Source of the DNA: Methanobacteriota archaeon
GTDB lineage: Archaea; Halobacteriota; Methanomicrobia; Methanomicrobiales; Methanoculleaceae
Reading direction: 5' to 3'
Assembly (NCBI GenBank): GCA_023393455.1
Contig: JAEWLJ010000017.1
Coordinates: 96,693-120,692, forward strand
DNA length: 24,000 bases
The notes beneath the pieces were generated by a model. It ran no database searches and was not told where the DNA came from. It worked only from the letters and a program-made list of their open reading frames with translations. Shown in pieces: positions 16,345 to 23,957 of the stretch (the stretch's first letter is position 1; each line of letters begins with the position of its first letter). The position numbers were made by a program, and so were the translations under genes.

Positions 16345-16956
16345 TCAACCTTCGCCAATCAGCATCACCCCTGGTTCGTTGAGCACGTTCATGACGAACG
16401 GATCGCCCTCGGCGATCCTCTGATCCATCTCCTCTCTCGGGAAGAGAACATAGTTTATCTCTCTTCCAAGTGCTGCTTCTGTCTCCCGGACGACGGGCAT
16501 CCGGAGGTCTTCATCAACATCCCCGACGATGAAGAGGTCGATGTCGCTTGTCGCACCAGCCTTTCCACTGGCGAAGGAGCCGAAGATGAAGACGGTATCG
16601 ACGCCGCCGACGCCGGCGAGGCCTTCTCGTACGACCTTGGCCACTTCTTCGGTCTTGAGGATGATAGCAGTCAACTCGGGGTAGATCGGAAAATTCTTGT
16701 TTACCACGTAGTACCGCGCATTGCCGCGGCGGGTACTCGTCGGGAGGCCAATCTCCTCGAGGTTTGCGAGTTCCCGCCGGACAGCGTTGAGGTTCTCTCC
16801 GGTCATCCGCTGAACCTCTCGGAGATAGATCTCGCGCTCCGGGTTCAGGAGGAAGAGGATTCGGAGTTTCACCCGGGTCTTCGAGGGAATGAGCCGTTCG
16901 AGCACGAATACATATTGTATACGATACTCCGGTGCAGGGGCCGGACCGCCCCTCAC
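16345..16956 (-). CDS. Winged-helix (ArsR-like) + minimal nucleotidyltransferase (MNT-type) fusion protein
   Basis: wHTH: KTRVKLRILFLLNPEREIYLREVQRMTGENLNAVRRELANLEEIGL. NTase: FIFGSFASGKAGATSDIDLFIV (GS...DxD). The start is either GTG 16956, in a GTGA overlap with the upstream stop, or GTG 16905. Confidence 0.8.
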   Translation of the reverse strand: MRGGPAPAPEYRIQYVFVLERLIPSKTRVKLRILFLLNPEREIYLREVQRMTGENLNAVRRELANLEEIGLPTSTRRGNARYYVVNKNFPIYPELTAIILKTEEVAKVVREGLAGVGGVDTVFIFGSFASGKAGATSDIDLFIVGDVDEDLRMPVVRETEAALGREINYVLFPREEMDQRIAEGDPFVMNVLNEPGVMLIGEG

Positions 16957-17573
16957 CCGGTCACGTTCTCCGTCACATTCACAGCAGTCTCATTCTCCGT
17001 CGCGTTCACGGCGACTTCGTCTGCCGGCAATAGGATCACGTCTGGCGGGATCATGACCGCATCGATGGCATGGATGACGCCGTTCGCGGCAGGGATATCT
17101 CTCCGGACTATCCGTGCGCCGTTCACCGTCACGCTCTCGTCGGCGAAATCGACGGCGATCGGACTGCCCTGGACGGTTGGAACGGTATCGTTTGCAGCAA
17201 TCCCGACTGCCGTATACCTCCCCGGAGCCATGTGGTAGAGCAGGGTCTCGGCGAGGATGCCCTTCGGGTCGTCGAAGAGTTCTGCCATCGCGGTCTCCGG
17301 GACCCGGCTGAACGCCTCGTCCGTCGGCGCGAAGACGGTGTAGGGCCCCGGTCCGGCGAGCGTCCCCCCGAGTCCGGCGGTATCGAGCGCCCGGGCGAAC
17401 GCCGAGAAGTTGCCGTCCTGGGCCAGCACCTCGCCGACCGTCAGGTTCTCGCCGACCGGCGTCTCGTTCGTCCGGTTCAGGCCGCCGTCTCCCTGCGGGC
17501 CCGTGCAGCCGCAGATGAGAACCGCCGCCCCGATAGCCAGAACGGATATGAACAGCGTGTAGTTCGTTCGCAT
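16953..17573 (-). CDS. Secreted/lipid-anchored fasciclin (FAS1) protein with N-glycosylation sequon-rich tail (paralog 5)
   Basis: Signal peptide MRTNYTLFISVLAIGAAVLICGC is present. FAS1 motifs: VFAPTDEAFS, YHMAPG, NGVIHAIDAVMIP. There are nine N-X-S/T sequons, including the tail NATENETAVNVTENVTG. Confidence 0.88.
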   Translation of the reverse strand: MRTNYTLFISVLAIGAAVLICGCTGPQGDGGLNRTNETPVGENLTVGEVLAQDGNFSAFARALDTAGLGGTLAGPGPYTVFAPTDEAFSRVPETAMAELFDDPKGILAETLLYHMAPGRYTAVGIAANDTVPTVQGSPIAVDFADESVTVNGARIVRRDIPAANGVIHAIDAVMIPPDVILLPADEVAVNATENETAVNVTENVTG

Positions 17574-17636
17574 GGCTCACCCTGAAGACTCTATGCTCCG
17601 TCCCTCCTCTCTCCCCCTACATAAAGTATCGGTCGC

Positions 17637-19094
17637 CTACTTCCAGAGCGTCAGGGTCGAGACGACGTGCCGGACGGGATCATAGACCCTGATGGTATCG
17701 TTGCCGGTATCGGCGATGTACCAGAGTCCCCCGAGATCGGCGAGACCGCCCGGCTCGTTCAGCCTCGCGTCTCCCGAGAGCCCGTCCCGGAAGCCGCGGT
17801 CGCCCTCTCCTGCCTGGGTGAGGACCCACCCGGTCGCAAGATCGAACTGCTTGATCTTGTTGTTGCCGGCATCGGCGATGTAGAGCGACCCGTCGCTGTA
17901 GGCGATGCCCGTCGGGTGATCGATGCGCGCCATCCGGGCGATGGTGTCGAGATCGCCGAAGTCGTCGGGGGAGTGGCCGATGCGGGTCTCGACCATCCCC
18001 CGCTTGATGCGGCGGATCGCGGAAGTCCCGCTGTCGGCGATGTAGAGCGCCTCGCCGTCGGTGGCGATCCCGGCAGGCCCGATGAAGGCGGCCTCTCCAG
18101 TTGGGCCGTCGACCAGCCCCTTCCGGCCCGACCCGGCATACGGCTCCACCTCGTGGGTGGCGAGATCCATCCGCCAGATCTGGTCTGCTCCCGCCATCGC
18201 GATGTAGAGATGGCCGCCGAGCAGTGCGAGATCCCGCGGCGCGTTCAGCGCGGTCCCGGTTCCCGGCCCGCCGGACGAAAGGGCGGCAAGCCCCGTCCCG
18301 GCGATCGTCGCGACCTCCCGCTCCGTCCATGAGACCCGGCGGATCGTGTGGTTCCCGGTATCCGCAACATAGAGGATACCCGCCTCTTCGTCGAATGCGA
18401 GGCCTTCCGGGAGGTAGAAGGCAGCCTCGTTGAACGATCCGTCGGCGTTTCCGGCAGCCCCGGTCCCGATCGTCTCCAGGATCTTTCCTTTGGGATCGGC
18501 GACGACGATCCGGTTGTGGCCGGTGTCGCTGATGAAGAGGCGCATCCCGGGGTTGTCCGCCGCTACCTTGACGGGGCGATACAGGCTCGTCTCCCGTGTC
18601 GTCTCCGGAGCGGTTCCCGACGGCAACCGCTCTCTTTCAAGCAGGCCCTGCTCTCCGAACTCCGCCGTAATCTGCTCGATCATCGGGCTAAGCCTCCCGT
18701 AAAGCCCTTCGGCGGCGGTCTTCCCGACAACGTTTCCCACCGGGTCGATGAGGACGAAGGTCGGCCAGTCCCGGATCCCGAAGGCTTCCCAGAGCCGTCG
18801 GTCGCGGTCGATGGCGACGGGATGCTCCAGCCCGGCGCGGTGCACGGCCTCCCGGAAGTTCCCGCCGACCGCGGCGGATTCAAACCCGGGATAATGAACC
18901 TCGACGATCACCAGCCCGGGATGCCGCTCCTCGAGCCGCCGGAGATCCGGTGTCAGTCGCATACAGTTCGAACAGGTGAACGTCATAAAGGAGAGCAGCA
19001 CCACCCTGCCGGCGAGATCGCGGAGAGAGAGAGGGCGGTCGACGTTGTGCCACTCGATACCGGGGGTGAGATCAGGGGCGGCCATCGGTCTCAT
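17637..19094 (-). CDS. Thioredoxin-like (redoxin, CSNC) domain fused to NHL-repeat beta-propeller (NHLRC2-like)
   Basis: N-terminal redoxin region: VVLLSFMTFTCSNCMRLTPDL...WPTFVLIDP. It is followed by repeated NHL blades with the patterns YIADTGN / YVADTGNHTIRR / YIADSGTSAIRR / YIADAGNNKIK. No signal peptide is present. Confidence 0.85.
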   Translation of the reverse strand: MRPMAAPDLTPGIEWHNVDRPLSLRDLAGRVVLLSFMTFTCSNCMRLTPDLRRLEERHPGLVIVEVHYPGFESAAVGGNFREAVHRAGLEHPVAIDRDRRLWEAFGIRDWPTFVLIDPVGNVVGKTAAEGLYGRLSPMIEQITAEFGEQGLLERERLPSGTAPETTRETSLYRPVKVAADNPGMRLFISDTGHNRIVVADPKGKILETIGTGAAGNADGSFNEAAFYLPEGLAFDEEAGILYVADTGNHTIRRVSWTEREVATIAGTGLAALSSGGPGTGTALNAPRDLALLGGHLYIAMAGADQIWRMDLATHEVEPYAGSGRKGLVDGPTGEAAFIGPAGIATDGEALYIADSGTSAIRRIKRGMVETRIGHSPDDFGDLDTIARMARIDHPTGIAYSDGSLYIADAGNNKIKQFDLATGWVLTQAGEGDRGFRDGLSGDARLNEPGGLADLGGLWYIADTGNDTIRVYDPVRHVVSTLTLWK

Positions 19095-19139
19095 GCGACA
19101 CCCTGTAGCGCTTCAGAGTAATGAATGTTGGCGGGGACC

Positions 19140-20048
19140 TCACGTCGGCGGCCCCGCGTACACCGCCCGCGGCGCGGCGAGCATCTCCTCGCAGAAGGCA
19201 ATCGCCCCCGGGACCCTGCTCTTCTGGTAGACCACGGGTTTGATGCGGGGTGTCTTCACGCCGCCGATCGTCTCGAAGACCTGCGGCCAGGGCAGACTGT
19301 CGGCAACCGATGGAGGGCGGAGATCGTTATGGATATGAAACGCCTGCAGGGCTTCGAGCGGAACCTCGCCGAGCGATCCGGGGAACTCCTCTTTCGCGGC
19401 GGCGTGGAGGTGCCAGGGGTCGAGCACTATCCCGGCCAGCCCGGCGATCTCAGGATGGAGATCGTTGAGAGTCGCCCAGAACATCCGTATCTGACTTGCC
19501 GTGGAGATGCCCTGGTCTTTATGATGTTCGAGCAGCACCAGCGGTTCCGCCCCGAAAGCGTTCCAGTGGGTGACGATCAGGGCGTGCATCGCCGCGATGA
19601 TATCAGCGTGAGTGTTTTTCCGGTCGCCGGGGTGTATCTCGATGATCTCCGGAGGGATACCCATAAGGTCCTCGATCTCAAGGAGCATATCGCCGAAAGC
19701 GGCCACCCAGCCGGGATCGCGCCACCGCAGGCTTGCCGTCGCCTGCCGGCCGTGCGGGGTTCTCCGGGGGATGGCCGGTTCGGTGTGCAGGAGATACCTG
19801 AGGTCGCCCGGAAGGGTTGTATCCCGGTCGTAGAGGAGTTCGACGGACGACCGATTGAGCATCGACCCGATATCCTGCCCCGTCCGCTCCACCTCCGTCT
19901 GGTTCTTGATGAAGTCGGCGGGGATCTCGATGTATCTACACCCAAGCGGCTCGGCGAGGCGCCAGCGCTCAAGGAGCCCGCCCCGCTGGGCTGCTTCCGT
20001 GACGTTCGGGTAGATGTATTCTGTACCCGGCATGATGGTTTCCGTCAT
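19140..20048 (-). CDS. Hypothetical protein, possibly xylose-isomerase-like / AP-endonuclease-2-type TIM barrel
   Basis: 302-aa ORF with genome-typical codon bias, 45 nt upstream of the Trx-NHL gene. Strand-end metal-ligand-like motifs in series (LHTEP, IEIHPGD, LLEHHKD, FHIHND) resemble that superfamily. The functional call is weak. Confidence 0.6.
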   Translation of the reverse strand: MTETIMPGTEYIYPNVTEAAQRGGLLERWRLAEPLGCRYIEIPADFIKNQTEVERTGQDIGSMLNRSSVELLYDRDTTLPGDLRYLLHTEPAIPRRTPHGRQATASLRWRDPGWVAAFGDMLLEIEDLMGIPPEIIEIHPGDRKNTHADIIAAMHALIVTHWNAFGAEPLVLLEHHKDQGISTASQIRMFWATLNDLHPEIAGLAGIVLDPWHLHAAAKEEFPGSLGEVPLEALQAFHIHNDLRPPSVADSLPWPQVFETIGGVKTPRIKPVVYQKSRVPGAIAFCEEMLAAPRAVYAGPPT

Positions 20049-20163
20049 GGCGGGCGGCCTACAAAAACGTTGGGGATCCGATCCTGCGTCGTCTCCTTTT
20101 GCGGCGCGTCGGCGAGGGCGGGCGATCCGCCGGAGTTATTGCCGGACGAACGGCGTAACCTCA

Positions 20164-20430
20164 CTATGCAGGCCCCGGCCTTCTGCGCCTGTCGAGAACC
20201 TGCGGGCAGACGAACAGTACGTCCACGGGAGCCTGGATGTAGGTGCAGTAGACGCATCCGGGGTCATAGTATGTGCACGAAGGGCAACCCCATCGTTGCG
20301 GCTTCATCTCATCCTGTGGCAGCCGCCCCTCTGCGCTATCGTGCAACGTAGGCACCCCCCGCTCCTGTGCCTCGGGGTATTGAGCATCGGGGTTACTCTT
20401 CAGCGGATCGCTGTCACCAGGTGATCTCAT
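20164..20430 (-). CDS. Small hypothetical Cys-rich protein (CX2C-X7-CX2C zinc-ribbon/knuckle-like)
   Basis: 88-aa ORF in an otherwise empty 455-bp gap, containing GCPSCTYYDPGCVYC. AAGGT lies about 6 nt upstream of the ATG. Third-position GC is moderately elevated. The upstream region carries the same motif as the UbiA promoter. Confidence 0.4.
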   Translation of the reverse strand: MRSPGDSDPLKSNPDAQYPEAQERGVPTLHDSAEGRLPQDEMKPQRWGCPSCTYYDPGCVYCTYIQAPVDVLFVCPQVLDRRRRPGPA

Positions 20431-20475
20431 GTCGTACCTTAAGATGCTCTCCGGTTACCAGACATTTGTTGCGTC

Positions 20476-20506
20476 GATGAATCTTCACCCCTTCAATGAA
20501 TCTTCT
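20476..20506. repeat. Two direct copies of the ATGAATCTTC motif
   Basis: GATGAATCTTCA (20476-20487) and AATGAATCTTCT (20495-20506), spaced 19 nt start to start. Confidence 0.7.
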
Positions 20507-21422
20507 ATGTTGTTATCGGGAGATGCGTGACCACAAGGGTGAGGAGGTAGAGGATGATGGCCAGCAGGATGAACTCTCCGTCGGTAAAGAGCTCGAAGGA
20601 GAGTTTTTCCGTCCCGAACCGCCGGAAACAGAGAAGATATCCCAGGGTATAGACCATCCCCACACCCATTACCTGCATTGCGTAAGAACCAGGCAACGTC
20701 CCACCGGCGAGTACCAGTGCTGTTCCGATGACGGCGTTCATCCCCGTGAGGAGAAGGAGCGTCCTTCCGGAACCGAAGATCGTCGGGATCGTCCTGATAC
20801 CGGACGCAACATCCCCCTCCAAGTCACGGATATCGTAGACCACCGTGTTCGTGAAGGTCTGTACGAGGAAGAAGACACCGACGATGCCGGTGGCGGCGCC
20901 TGCGGAGAGGCCGGCGTGGCAGATCGGCAGGAACGTCGCAGGGAGCGTCCAGGAGATCGCCACAATCAGGCTTTTCATGAACGGCACCTCCTTCAGCCGC
21001 CGGAACCCGAACCTGGCGGGGAAGAGCGGAACGCTGTAGATGACTCCGGCGGCCAGGGGTATGGTTGTGATGAGCAGGCTACCGACCCCCTGGAGGGCGG
21101 AGAGGCAGAACGCGAGGATGAAGGCCATGATTGCAGAACGGAAGAGGATGGTCTCGTACTTCTTCGTGAACGAGTAGCGTTCCGTGTGATTGACCACGTC
21201 TTCTTCCTCGTCGGTCTTGCGGTTGAGGTTGTAGACGGCAAACACGACGAGCGCCAGGATCGCCGCGGCGGCCAGGTCGAAGGGAAGACCCTGCAGGAGG
21301 CACGAGAGGTACACCATCGCTGCCATCATGGCAGCGGTATACAGGGAACTGTATACGACCAGGTGGGCGACGAATCGGGAGATCGGTTGAACAGGGTTGG
21401 GACATTTGGCGTATCCGAACAT
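20505..21422 (-). CDS. UbiA-family prenyltransferase (integral membrane)
   Basis: 305 aa and multi-pass hydrophobic. The two Asp-rich UbiA motifs are present: NLNRKTDEEEDVVN (NxxxDxxxD-type) and YDIRDLEGD (DxxDxxxD). Confidence 0.85.
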   Translation of the reverse strand: MFGYAKCPNPVQPISRFVAHLVVYSSLYTAAMMAAMVYLSCLLQGLPFDLAAAAILALVVFAVYNLNRKTDEEEDVVNHTERYSFTKKYETILFRSAIMAFILAFCLSALQGVGSLLITTIPLAAGVIYSVPLFPARFGFRRLKEVPFMKSLIVAISWTLPATFLPICHAGLSAGAATGIVGVFFLVQTFTNTVVYDIRDLEGDVASGIRTIPTIFGSGRTLLLLTGMNAVIGTALVLAGGTLPGSYAMQVMGVGMVYTLGYLLCFRRFGTEKLSFELFTDGEFILLAIILYLLTLVVTHLPITT

Positions 21423-21446
21423 GGAGTGATTTTCAGAAATGCGACG

Positions 21447-21458
21447 AATATTTATTAC
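21447..21458 (-). promoter_or_regulatory. TATA box for the UbiA-family gene
   Basis: The minus strand reads GTAATAAATATT, centred about 30 nt upstream of ATG 21422. Confidence 0.55.
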
Positions 21459-21461
21459 TCC

Positions 21462-21490
21462 GATGAAGATTCATCACTCTGATGAATCCT
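21462..21490. repeat. Palindromic copy plus partial copy of the ATGAATCTTC motif
   Basis: GATGAAGATTCATC (21462-21475) contains the reverse complement of ATGAATCTTC. GATGAATCCT (21481-21490) matches the motif at 9 of 10 positions. Confidence 0.65.
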
Positions 21491-21675
21491 GCTATTTGAG
21501 CGCGTCATTTTGGCAGAAGAGTGAGCAATCGGGAGCGCTTCATTCGCTCTGCCCTCCGGATCACTCGGTGAACATAGATAGGGTATCGTCTGAACTCTGA
21601 GTGATCGTATATCCCCCGGATCCCGGAACGACAATTATGCCACGGGTGCCGGGGGACTGGCATCCGGGAAAAGGA

Positions 21676-22503
21676 CTAGTGAGATATCTCCAGTACTTGA
21701 GCGCCCGCTTTGTAGTGCTGGAAGAGTCGCTCGCCCCAGGAGACCGCCGCCGCATCGGTACCGACGAGATCCGTGGCGGCGTCATACTTGCCTGTATCGC
21801 GTCTGTACAGCCCTAGTGACAGGTACCCGTCGGTCACCGTCAATCCCAGGCGAATCGGCGAAGAAGAGGTATACATCTTGAAGTTTTCATGCCCGCTCAG
21901 GGGTTCCAGCATGGTCCTGTACGGCTCATCGCCCAGTCCCCGGGCGAGCTCACCGGTGACGACGAGTTCCACGGGCCTGCCCTCCATAACTATACCCTTA
22001 ACCGCATCCGCAAGGAGTGGGCTCATGATCGATGATACGCTGTAGATCCACGCTGCTTCTCTGGCTATGGCATGAAACGCTGCATACACGGCGAAGACAT
22101 CCCCTTCGTTGTTCTTCACCACTTCCATATGATACAGGTGCTCAATCTCATTCAGGAATTCAGCGGGTATGCCCTCGATCTCGTGTTCGGCCCAGAAATC
22201 CCCGTGATGCTGGAGCACTCCCATCGCCATGACCACCCGCTCGATCTCCGGTTCGACAAGCCTCCCCATAGGGGTGAGTACATAGTTGCCTCGTACCGAT
22301 TCGACGTAATGCAGGGCCTCGAGCTGCCGGATCTTCGGGATGAGCGCCTGCGACGAACTTCCCGTGATCTCGCGAAGGGTCGAGAGCGGTTTGCTCCCGC
22401 TGCCGAGGCCAAGCATCACCTGCGTCAGCAGCCTCGACCGGAAGATGGCCTGGATGTCGTCGTGAAACTCGTTATAGATCTCAAGGGGTGATACTTTTTT
22501 CAT
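21676..22503 (-). CDS. Transcriptional regulator, N-terminal wHTH + DUF1724 (FilR1-like, methanogen-type)
   Basis: The start is trimmed to ATG 22503 (MKKVSPLEIYNEF...). wHTH: SRLLTQVMLGLGSGSKPLSTLREITGSSSQALIPKIRQLEALHYV. A long C-terminal domain typical of the archaeal DUF1724 family follows. Confidence 0.75.
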   Translation of the reverse strand: MKKVSPLEIYNEFHDDIQAIFRSRLLTQVMLGLGSGSKPLSTLREITGSSSQALIPKIRQLEALHYVESVRGNYVLTPMGRLVEPEIERVVMAMGVLQHHGDFWAEHEIEGIPAEFLNEIEHLYHMEVVKNNEGDVFAVYAAFHAIAREAAWIYSVSSIMSPLLADAVKGIVMEGRPVELVVTGELARGLGDEPYRTMLEPLSGHENFKMYTSSSPIRLGLTVTDGYLSLGLYRRDTGKYDAATDLVGTDAAAVSWGERLFQHYKAGAQVLEISH

Positions 22504-22686
22504 CGTCCTTACTGTTAAGCGGTGACGGTCGGCGCATATCATCCTTTCTATTCCTGCACGCTTCCACTATCCCCCATTCCCTCTATTCCGCCGACAGATC
22601 GGATGGAATTCTTACAACGCCGGGTACGGCGCCGATGCCTGACCTCAGCAAACTTATAGCCCGGCATCCTCTATTTGTGTAGAACA

Positions 22687-23955
22687 ATGTCGTCCACACC
22701 TGCACGATACCTGATCTGCATCGCACTTGCTGCATGCACCTTCGCCTGCATCATCACCGCAGGCTGCTCCGCCGTCCCCGGGCAACCGGAGATCGGCTCC
22801 GATCTCTCCGGCGATCTCATCGTCCACTTCCTCGACGTCGGTCAGGGGGACTCGATTCTCCTCGAGTTCCGCGGTAAGACAATGCTCATCGACGCCAGTG
22901 AGCGCGGGATGGCGGACCGGATCATCGCCTACTTAGGCGACCAGAACGTTGAACGGCTCGACGTGGTCGTGGCGACCCATGCGCACACCGATCACATCGG
23001 CGGCCTCCGCGATATCATCTCCGCCTACCCGGTCGGCGAGTTCGTCGACGCTGCGCAGCCGCACTCGACCGCGACCTACGAGAACCTGCTCGCCCTGATC
23101 GAAGAGAAGGGGATAGCATATACAGCGGCGGAGCGCGGGCAGACGATAGCCCTCGACCCCGAACTCGAGATCCTGATCCTGAACCCGGCCGCGGAACCGA
23201 TCGGCGAGGTCAACCAGGACTCGGTCGTCCTGAAGGTCACCTACAACGAGATCTCCTACCTCTTCGTGGGCGACGCCGAGAAGCCCGCGGAAGAGAGCAT
23301 GATGGAGGCCGGGCTCGACCTCGATGCCGATGTCCTGAAGGTCGGCCACCACGCGAGCCGGTATGGATCTTCGGCAGAGTTCCTCTCCGCAGTCAGCCCT
23401 GCGATCAGTGTCATCCAGGTCGGTGCCGGCAACAGCTACGGCCACCCTCACGAAGAAGCGGTCGAACGCCTTGAGGCGACCGGCTCGCGCATCTACCGGA
23501 CCGACCTCGACGGGAACGTCGTCATCGCCACCGATGGCCAGGCGCTCTCCGTCACCGCCGGCGGGGCGCCGTCCGCCACCGTGACGGCCCTGCCGGCGAC
23601 GACCGCAACCCAGACCCCGACAGTGACCACGACCCCGGCGCCGACTTCCCTCCCCACCGGTGTGCACATCACCGGCCTCGACCTCCAGGAGGAGTGGGTC
23701 TCCGTCGCGAACGGAGAACCGGCAGCGGCCAACCTCACCGGCTGGACGATCACCGACGAGGGAGCCCGGAACACCTACACCTTCCCGGCCTTCACCCTTG
23801 ATTCGGGCGCCGACGTCACCGTCCACTCCGGCGCGGGGAACGATACCGCGACCGACCTCTACTGGGGCCGGTCGAGCCCGGTCTGGAACAACGACGGCGA
23901 CATCGCCACGCTCGCCGACACGAGCGGGGCGGTTGTCAGCACCCTGGAGGGGTGA
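22687..23955 (+). CDS. Secreted lipoprotein: ComEC-type metallo-beta-lactamase domain + Pro/Thr linker + lamin-tail domain (LTD)
   Basis: I use ATG 22687; the ORF track starts at TTG 22675. Signal peptide and lipobox: ...ACIITAGCS. MBL motifs: HFLDVGQGDS, THAHTDHIGG (nt 22978-22995), VGHHAS. PT linker at about nt 23560-23658. LTD: EEWVSVANGEPAAANLTGWTITDE...YTFPAFTLDSGADVTVHSG. Confidence 0.88.
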   Translation: MSSTPARYLICIALAACTFACIITAGCSAVPGQPEIGSDLSGDLIVHFLDVGQGDSILLEFRGKTMLIDASERGMADRIIAYLGDQNVERLDVVVATHAHTDHIGGLRDIISAYPVGEFVDAAQPHSTATYENLLALIEEKGIAYTAAERGQTIALDPELEILILNPAAEPIGEVNQDSVVLKVTYNEISYLFVGDAEKPAEESMMEAGLDLDADVLKVGHHASRYGSSAEFLSAVSPAISVIQVGAGNSYGHPHEEAVERLEATGSRIYRTDLDGNVVIATDGQALSVTAGGAPSATVTALPATTATQTPTVTTTPAPTSLPTGVHITGLDLQEEWVSVANGEPAAANLTGWTITDEGARNTYTFPAFTLDSGADVTVHSGAGNDTATDLYWGRSSPVWNNDGDIATLADTSGAVVSTLEG

Positions 23956-23957
23956 GG

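Noticed and set aside
20496-21482. A 328-aa highly charged plus-strand ORF opposite the UbiA gene.
   Set aside because: It is the mirror image of hydrophobic membrane codons, which gives E/D/R/G-rich nonsense. The UbiA frame has both diagnostic Asp-rich motifs.
22675-22686. The TTG start at 22675 for the MBL-LTD gene.
   Set aside because: An ATG lies 12 nt downstream, and it still leaves an intact signal peptide.
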